64,000 bases of DNA from Myxococcota bacterium. Lineage in GTDB: Bacteria; Myxococcota_A; UBA796; UBA2385. The notes under the pieces are model-generated. The model was not told the DNA's origin, ran no database searches, and worked only from the letters and a program-made list of their open reading frames with translations. Below are positions 58,895 through 64,000 of the stretch, one piece after another. The stretch is taken from positions 1-64,000 of the forward strand of contig JBIJDH010000016.1 of the NCBI GenBank assembly GCA_044344255.1, written 5' to 3'. Made by a program: the position numbers and the translations under genes. Position 1 is the stretch's first letter, and each line of letters begins with the position of its first letter.

Positions 58895-60004
58895 CTAAGG
58901 TGCGGTCCGGGCGACGCGGAGGCCGAAGGTCTCGAGTCCCTCGCGAGGGTCGTAGTAGCCACGACGGGCGAGCCGAAGGCGGTCGGGCGGGCTATCCCAG
59001 GCCCCTCCCCGGAGGATTCGGCTGTCTTCACCCTCTGTCCCCGTGGGGCCGACGGGATCGGTTGATTCGTCGGCATAGGTCGCTCCGGACCCGTCGTACC
59101 AGTCGTTACACCACTCCCATACATTGCCGGCGATGTCCACAAGCCCAAGATCATTCGTATCGAGCTCGCCGACGGGGTGGACAGCGGCGGCGTTGTCGCA
59201 GTAGTGGCCGAAGTCGTCGATGGAGCCAGCGGTCAGGTCACCCGCCCAGCACGCGCCGGCGCCGAGGGTGCTGAGCTCCGACCCGTTCTGGAAGGCGGCC
59301 TCTACGCCGGCGCGGGCGGCGTACTCCCACTCCGCCTCGGTTGGGAGCCGGTATCCATCGCAGTTGTAGAAATCAATGAGCGGCTCCCAGACGGGATCCG
59401 CGGAAGAGCCGCTGTTCACGTAGCAGGCGTCCAGGCCCTCCAGGGTGGAGAGCGTCACGACGAAAGACACCGCGTCATGCCAACGGAGGCCGCCCGCCGC
59501 GCAATCGTCGGCCAGGCAGCCGCCATCTTCGGGTGGGTCTTCACCCATCACCCACCGATATTGCCCTCGGGTCAGCTCGCTCCGGGCGATCTGGAAGTCG
59601 TGTGTCAACTCGACGGGGTGCCTCTCCTCATCCGCCGCGACCCTTCCAAGCTCGGTATTGGGTGAGCCCATCTCGAAGCTTCCGTGCGGTACGTTGACGA
59701 GGTCGAGCGTGAAGGGGGGCTCCCCCGTGTCCCCACCTCCGTCGGTTCCGTCGGTTCCGTCGGTTCCGTCGGTTCCGTCGGTTCCGTCGGTGCCGTCGGT
59801 GCCGTCGGTTCCGTCGGTTCCGTCGGTTCCGTCGGTTCCGTCGGTTCCGTCGGTTCCGTCGGTGCCGTCCGCGCCGTCCACCGAGCCAGTTCCGCCTGTG
59901 TCACCGTCCCCATCCCCGCTCGCTCCGTCGCGTAAGAGCTCCTGCCGGGCTGCACGGTCGGCCTCGGTGATGAGACAGGCGGAGAGCAGGAGGAGGATGA
60001 TCAT
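58895..60004 (-). CDS. FGE-sulfatase (SUMF1) domain lipoprotein
   Basis: Lipobox MIILLLLSAC (ATG 60004), (DGT)n linker, FEMGS, RLPTEAEWEYAARAG, LGLVDIAGNVWEW, RGGAW, GLRVAR. Confidence 0.9.
   Translation of the reverse strand: MIILLLLSACLITEADRAARQELLRDGASGDGDGDTGGTGSVDGADGTDGTDGTDGTDGTDGTDGTDGTDGTDGTDGTDGTDGTDGTDGGGDTGEPPFTLDLVNVPHGSFEMGSPNTELGRVAADEERHPVELTHDFQIARSELTRGQYRWVMGEDPPEDGGCLADDCAAGGLRWHDAVSFVVTLSTLEGLDACYVNSGSSADPVWEPLIDFYNCDGYRLPTEAEWEYAARAGVEAAFQNGSELSTLGAGACWAGDLTAGSIDDFGHYCDNAAAVHPVGELDTNDLGLVDIAGNVWEWCNDWYDGSGATYADESTDPVGPTGTEGEDSRILRGGAWDSPPDRLRLARRGYYDPREGLETFGLRVARTAP
59739..59879 (+). repeat. 9-bp tandem repeat (CCGTCGGTK) x~15 encoding (DGT)n
   Basis: Directly visible in the sequence. 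Confidence 0.92.
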
Positions 60005-60051
60005 TCGAGGTCGCTCGTCTATGGGCGGTGGGCGTTGACCTGAGCGGGGGC

Positions 60052-61302
60052 TCAAGGGCTACGTGGAGGGCCGGTGAGCGTGGCGCAGAGCGGCGCCGCC
60101 TCCAGCGTGGCTACTACGTCAGGGAGAGCGTATGGGGCTTTGCCACATCGGCCCTCTCCCGGCCCGAGGGTCTTGTAGCCTGCCACTCCGAGCGCGGCGG
60201 TTTGGGAGGGATACAGAGACGGGCCCATCGGACGGGGTGAGCGGCAGTACGCCTGCCATCCCTCTGCCGGCCCGAAGCTCTGCCCTTCGGGCACTGCGAC
60301 CGCCACGAGCCGCTCTTCGGCCCCATCGGGCAGCCGAATGGGGATCAGTGCGCTCTCGCCCTCTAATAGTACCGTGCCTTCCATGGCTTGTTCGAACGGG
60401 GACCCAGGCGGCGGCCAGACGAGCCACGTGCGTTGATCGGGCAATACACTGTAGATCCGAACCCGTGCCGGCCTGCTCACCCAGATCGTCGCGTTGATTG
60501 GACTTCCTTCGCAGGCAAAGCCGTCTGAGGTTTCGAGGTCGACCCCGACCCGGAGCTCTCCGGCACCCAGCTTCTCACCGTTCTTCAGGCCGAGGGCCGC
60601 GTCCGAGGCGCACTCCCTGGCTTCTTCGTCGGTGACGGAGAGGAGGTCGGCGGGGATCGAGAAGCCGCCGATTGGGCGGTCCAGCCTGTTGGCGTCGGTG
60701 AGGACCGCGTCTACCTGAAGCGAGCTCCCAACCATGACGAGGTTGAGGTGGAGGTGGTTCGCGCCGGCTTCCCGCCGGTCGTTCGCGACGAGGCGGACGT
60801 TGGAGTGGCGCGCCAAGGAGGCGCGGAGCGCGGAGATGATCGGCAGCCCGGCGCTGGCGACACATCCGGCCGGCCATGTCGGCTTGTCGATGTCGAGAGG
60901 GACCGTCCCCGTGCCCTGAGCGATTGAATCAGCGAGCCGCCGAAGCTCCTCGCGAAAGGCCATGGTATCGGACTCGTAGCTGTCCTCGTATTTTCGCTCT
61001 ATCGAATAGATTGTGCAGGCGAGCTTTGCCTTTTCATCCCAGCCCCAGGTGAACTCCAGCATGTGACGCTGGAGGTAGGTGCACCGAGGGCTGTCCGGCG
61101 CCATCCCTGCGCAGATTCGGTCGCGGAGTCGCTGGCGGGCCTCGTCGCGGGCGTCTTGGAGCGCCACGTCCTGCCGGCGGTGGCGGCCGATGCCGTAGTC
61201 CTGGGACCAACCGGCGGGTGGGACCTTTGGACACAGGCGGTTCACCGTGAGGTCCTCCTGGCCCTCCCCAGCGAGCGCAGCCTGGAGCAGCAGCCACCAC
61301 AT
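60052..61302 (-). CDS. Secreted LPP20-like plus DUF4384-like protein (paralog 3)
   Basis: Signal MWWLLLQAALAG. VPPAGW...ARDEARQRLRDRICAG...RC, CEGSPINATIWVSRPARVRIYSV...LVWPP, EERLVAVA. Confidence 0.72.
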   Translation of the reverse strand: MWWLLLQAALAGEGQEDLTVNRLCPKVPPAGWSQDYGIGRHRRQDVALQDARDEARQRLRDRICAGMAPDSPRCTYLQRHMLEFTWGWDEKAKLACTIYSIERKYEDSYESDTMAFREELRRLADSIAQGTGTVPLDIDKPTWPAGCVASAGLPIISALRASLARHSNVRLVANDRREAGANHLHLNLVMVGSSLQVDAVLTDANRLDRPIGGFSIPADLLSVTDEEARECASDAALGLKNGEKLGAGELRVGVDLETSDGFACEGSPINATIWVSRPARVRIYSVLPDQRTWLVWPPPGSPFEQAMEGTVLLEGESALIPIRLPDGAEERLVAVAVPEGQSFGPAEGWQAYCRSPRPMGPSLYPSQTAALGVAGYKTLGPGEGRCGKAPYALPDVVATLEAAPLCATLTGPPRSP

Positions 61303-61305
61303 GGC

Positions 61306-62448
61306 TCAGAGGCCGGTCGGCGGTGCGGATGTACCGGTGGGGACCGCAGACTTCGGGACGAAGGCGAGGGAACTGACACGATAATGGCGGCCGTTCGGCG
61401 TCGCCTCTTCCTCGGTGCTGAAGCATTGCTCGGCGACCTGGGAGAGCGCGGCCGAGCTCGCATTGGCGCTCGAGTCGCCGCCGCTGAAGGTGGATGAGCC
61501 GGAGCCCCCACCGCCCCCGTAGCCGCGCTTGTCGGAGCTCTCGTTTTGGACTGAGATGCTCAACCACTTCGAGATCCGGTTTCGGGCGTCGTCCATGGCC
61601 TTGGTCTGGGCCAGAGACTCGTCATCGAGCCACGGGCTCTTGCCCACGAAGTAGTAGCCCTGGGTCGACTTCGGGAGGACCTTCTGCCAGCTCGTCTTAC
61701 AGACTCCGTTCTCCTCACCCCCGCTCCCGAATCCTGAGTCTGTGGTCTTGAAGGCGAAGTAGACCGGGTTCGGGAAGGTGAAGCCGGCGCGCCACACCAT
61801 CCCGTTCTTGATCTCGATCTCGCCAGCGCCCACTCGCCCGAGGGCAGCGATGTCGATGTCGCCCTCTTGCCCGAGGGCGTAGTAGATCGTCCCCGTCCCT
61901 TCCATGAATTCGCCGATATAGCGCCCGGTGCATTGATCGGCCGCTGCTTTGCAGCAGGCCTCGAAGGCGGAGGGGTCTGCGATGTCGGACATCATCTTGT
62001 TCGTGGCGGTGTAGTGGATGCGGACGACAGCCGTGTTCTGGCCCGTGCCGGAGCCGCGCACAAAGGGGATGTTAAAGGCGCCTGCTGCGGCCGTACTCGA
62101 CCAGAAGACCTCGTCCCGCTCCATCTTTCCTGCGCCCACCTTCTCGTAGCTCACGAAGGTGGAGCATTGGGTCTTGTGGCTGTTCGACTCGTCGAGCTCG
62201 TTGGTGCCGTCGGCCACGAACCGGCCGATGTAGAGGTGGGGGTCCTCCGATGGGGAGTTGCTCAGGAACAGGTTCTTCGGGGAGGCGATGGACGGGCCTG
62301 CCTGGGCGGCGCCGGTGACCGGTGACTCCTTCTTTTCGCGCTTCGCTGCTTGCGCTGGCGCGAGGATGAGCAGCGAGAGGACGGGGGCGAGATGGGACCA
62401 GCGCAAGAGGCCTCCAGGTAACGGAAGGGACGTGGGAATATCGTACAC
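61306..62448 (-). CDS. Secreted protein with C-terminal LPP20-like domain
   Basis: Signal ...LLILAPAQA. C-terminal WQKVLP...YFVGKS...AQTKAMDDARNRISKWL. Start uncertain. Confidence 0.7.
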   Translation of the reverse strand: MYDIPTSLPLPGGLLRWSHLAPVLSLLILAPAQAAKREKKESPVTGAAQAGPSIASPKNLFLSNSPSEDPHLYIGRFVADGTNELDESNSHKTQCSTFVSYEKVGAGKMERDEVFWSSTAAAGAFNIPFVRGSGTGQNTAVVRIHYTATNKMMSDIADPSAFEACCKAAADQCTGRYIGEFMEGTGTIYYALGQEGDIDIAALGRVGAGEIEIKNGMVWRAGFTFPNPVYFAFKTTDSGFGSGGEENGVCKTSWQKVLPKSTQGYYFVGKSPWLDDESLAQTKAMDDARNRISKWLSISVQNESSDKRGYGGGGGSGSSTFSGGDSSANASSAALSQVAEQCFSTEEEATPNGRHYRVSSLAFVPKSAVPTGTSAPPTGL

Positions 62449-62542
62449 GGGGAGAGTCTGCTACGGGCCGAGGCGAGGAATTCCCGTCAAGCGGCCCCTC
62501 GCCGGTTGGGGGGGCCATACTCCACCCCCTCGGCGATGAAGT

Positions 62543-62558
62543 AGCAGGTGTCGTGCCA
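62543..62558 (-). promoter_or_regulatory. Sigma-54 (-24/-12) promoter at the head of the long minus-strand gene array
   Basis: Minus strand (C)TGGCACGACACCTGCT, one mismatch (CTGC for TTGC), ~95 bp upstream of 62448. Confidence 0.75.
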
Positions 62559-62760
62559 GGCAGCGTAAGGACGGAGAACAGCGGCGGGCGGGGACATCTG
62601 CTGTGTTCCGGCGGCCTGCGCGTCAGCTGCGCACGCGCTACCGTGTGTCCGGGACACGCGGACGTCGCTGCTTCGGTCTGGAAGGCTTGGCCCGGGTCGC
62701 GATGTGGGGCCTGGTCAGCGGTAGCTCAGCCTAAAGCACGAGCGTGGCAACAGGGGCGAA

Positions 62761-64000
62761 GTGATGGTTGGGACTCTGAACGCCGACTCCGACAGAGGGA
62801 GAACCACATGGGAGGCCGGGGGGCGAGCCATGCTCTCTGCGCTGGCGGACCGAGTGCTACAGGGCCTCCGCGAGGTCGTTGGCCAACCGGCCGACGCCCG
62901 CCTGTGTCGCCTCCACCTTCACATTCGCGGCACGGCGGGGTCAGAGGCCCTGGTGGTGCTTGACCTCGAAGATGGTGCGGAGCAGCCTTCGCTCGGGCTC
63001 GGGGCCACAGCCTGGTCCGCTCTCCAGCTCGCGGCAGGTCCGATCTCGGTGGACGTCGCCACGGGGCGGGTCTGGGTGGTCTCGAGCGGTCGCGCGCTCG
63101 AGCGGCTGCCGCGCCAGCGCCTCTCCGCGGCGAGCCGGGCCCTCTACGCCGAGCGCGCTGCCACACACATCCTCATCCTTCCGGTCCGGGATGCCTCGGG
63201 GGCCGTCGCCGGCCTGTTGGGAGTGGAGGTCTCGAGCCCCTCAGCGGCGGGCGACGCCCTCGAGCTGTGGCCGCAATTGGTAGCTCCGTTGACCGAGCGC
63301 CTTGACGCGGGGGCCCCCGCGCTCCTGGAGGAGCTCCGGCGAAGACCGGTGGCTCCGGTCGACTCCCTCCTCCCCATCGTCGGTCCAGCCCTCGAGCCGA
63401 TCGTGGGGCTCCTTCGTCGCTTCTCGCGCTTCGAGGATCCTGTCCTCCTCCTCGGAGAGTCCGGCGTGGGGAAGACGCGCCTCGCCGAGTGGGTGCACCG
63501 GTGTTCACCCCGTGTCTCCGGGCCCTTCGTCTCCGTCCAGCTCCACGCGGTCCCGGCTGACCTGCTCGAGGGTGCCCTCTTTGGCTCGAAGCGTGGCGCC
63601 TACACGGGCGCCGACCGGCCTGTCCAAGGCTACGTCGCCCACGCGGAAGGAGGGACGCTCTTCCTCGATGAGATCGACCGGCTCGACCTCGCCGGCCAGG
63701 ACAAGCTCTTACGCCTCCTGGATGACCGTCGATACCGACCGCTCGGTGAGTCCTCCCTCCAAGAGGCGGATGTCCGCTTCATCCTGGCGTCAAACGCTGA
63801 TCTTCCGGCGGCGGTGGCCGCTGGCAAATTCAGGTCGGACTTGTATTGGCGGATTGAAGGACTCCGCGTCACGGTGCCTCCCCTTCGAGAGCGGGTGGAG
63901 GAGATCGAAGCCTGGGCGAGGCACTTCCTGGCCGAGCTTCACGCCGAGGCGGGTGGCCGGGGCGGGTTCTCCCTCAGCCCCGCGGCGGCCGGCTGGCTGC
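62761..64000 (+). CDS. Sigma-54-dependent transcriptional activator (bEBP), partial, runs off the window end
   Basis: Absent from the ORF track because it has no stop in the window. Frame open from GTG 62761/ATG 62764. VLLLGESGVGKT, LFGSKRGAYTGA, GTLFLDEI, QDKLLRLL, FRSDLYWRI, PPLRER. Confidence 0.92.
   Translation, partial: MMVGTLNADSDRGRTTWEAGGRAMLSALADRVLQGLREVVGQPADARLCRLHLHIRGTAGSEALVVLDLEDGAEQPSLGLGATAWSALQLAAGPISVDVATGRVWVVSSGRALERLPRQRLSAASRALYAERAATHILILPVRDASGAVAGLLGVEVSSPSAAGDALELWPQLVAPLTERLDAGAPALLEELRRRPVAPVDSLLPIVGPALEPIVGLLRRFSRFEDPVLLLGESGVGKTRLAEWVHRCSPRVSGPFVSVQLHAVPADLLEGALFGSKRGAYTGADRPVQGYVAHAEGGTLFLDEIDRLDLAGQDKLLRLLDDRRYRPLGESSLQEADVRFILASNADLPAAVAAGKFRSDLYWRIEGLRVTVPPLRERVEEIEAWARHFLAELHAEAGGRGGFSLSPAAAGWL

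Overview
GC-rich (~70%) bacterial window. Its gene content (Ser/Thr kinases, secreted caspase-like proteases, MopE-type metal-binding repeat lipoproteins, a sigma-54 activator) suggests Myxococcota/Deltaproteobacteria (inference). It has four blocks. (1) 1-9.0 kb: mosaic accessory DNA between IS21-family remnants, with an IS-truncated hybrid kinase (REC-HPt stump), a REC-HD-GYP phosphodiesterase and a small biosynthetic cluster (ACP-hydrolase fusion, flavin halogenase-like enzyme, FabH, extended SDR). (2) 9.0-24.7 kb: surface and signalling genes, including a kinase module, an 83-aa-repeat lipoprotein and a 2470-aa pentapeptide/acidic-linker/TM/TPR protein. (3) 24.8-34.3 kb: core genes (murA-dnaG-rpoD-tRNA(CAT)-zinc ribbon, Uma2, trpS). 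(4) 34.5-64 kb: a ~30-kb envelope island built from recurring parts: 3 signal-peptide caspase-like proteases, 3 FGE/SUMF1 (C-type-lectin fold) domains, 3 paralogous LPP20-like/DUF4384-like proteins, a kinase module, and OmpA-like and TPR proteins. Three near-consensus sigma-54 promoters precede its operons, and a sigma-54 enhancer-binding protein is encoded divergently at its end. This island is the best candidate for an undescribed system. All domain calls come from reading motifs by eye; no searches were run.
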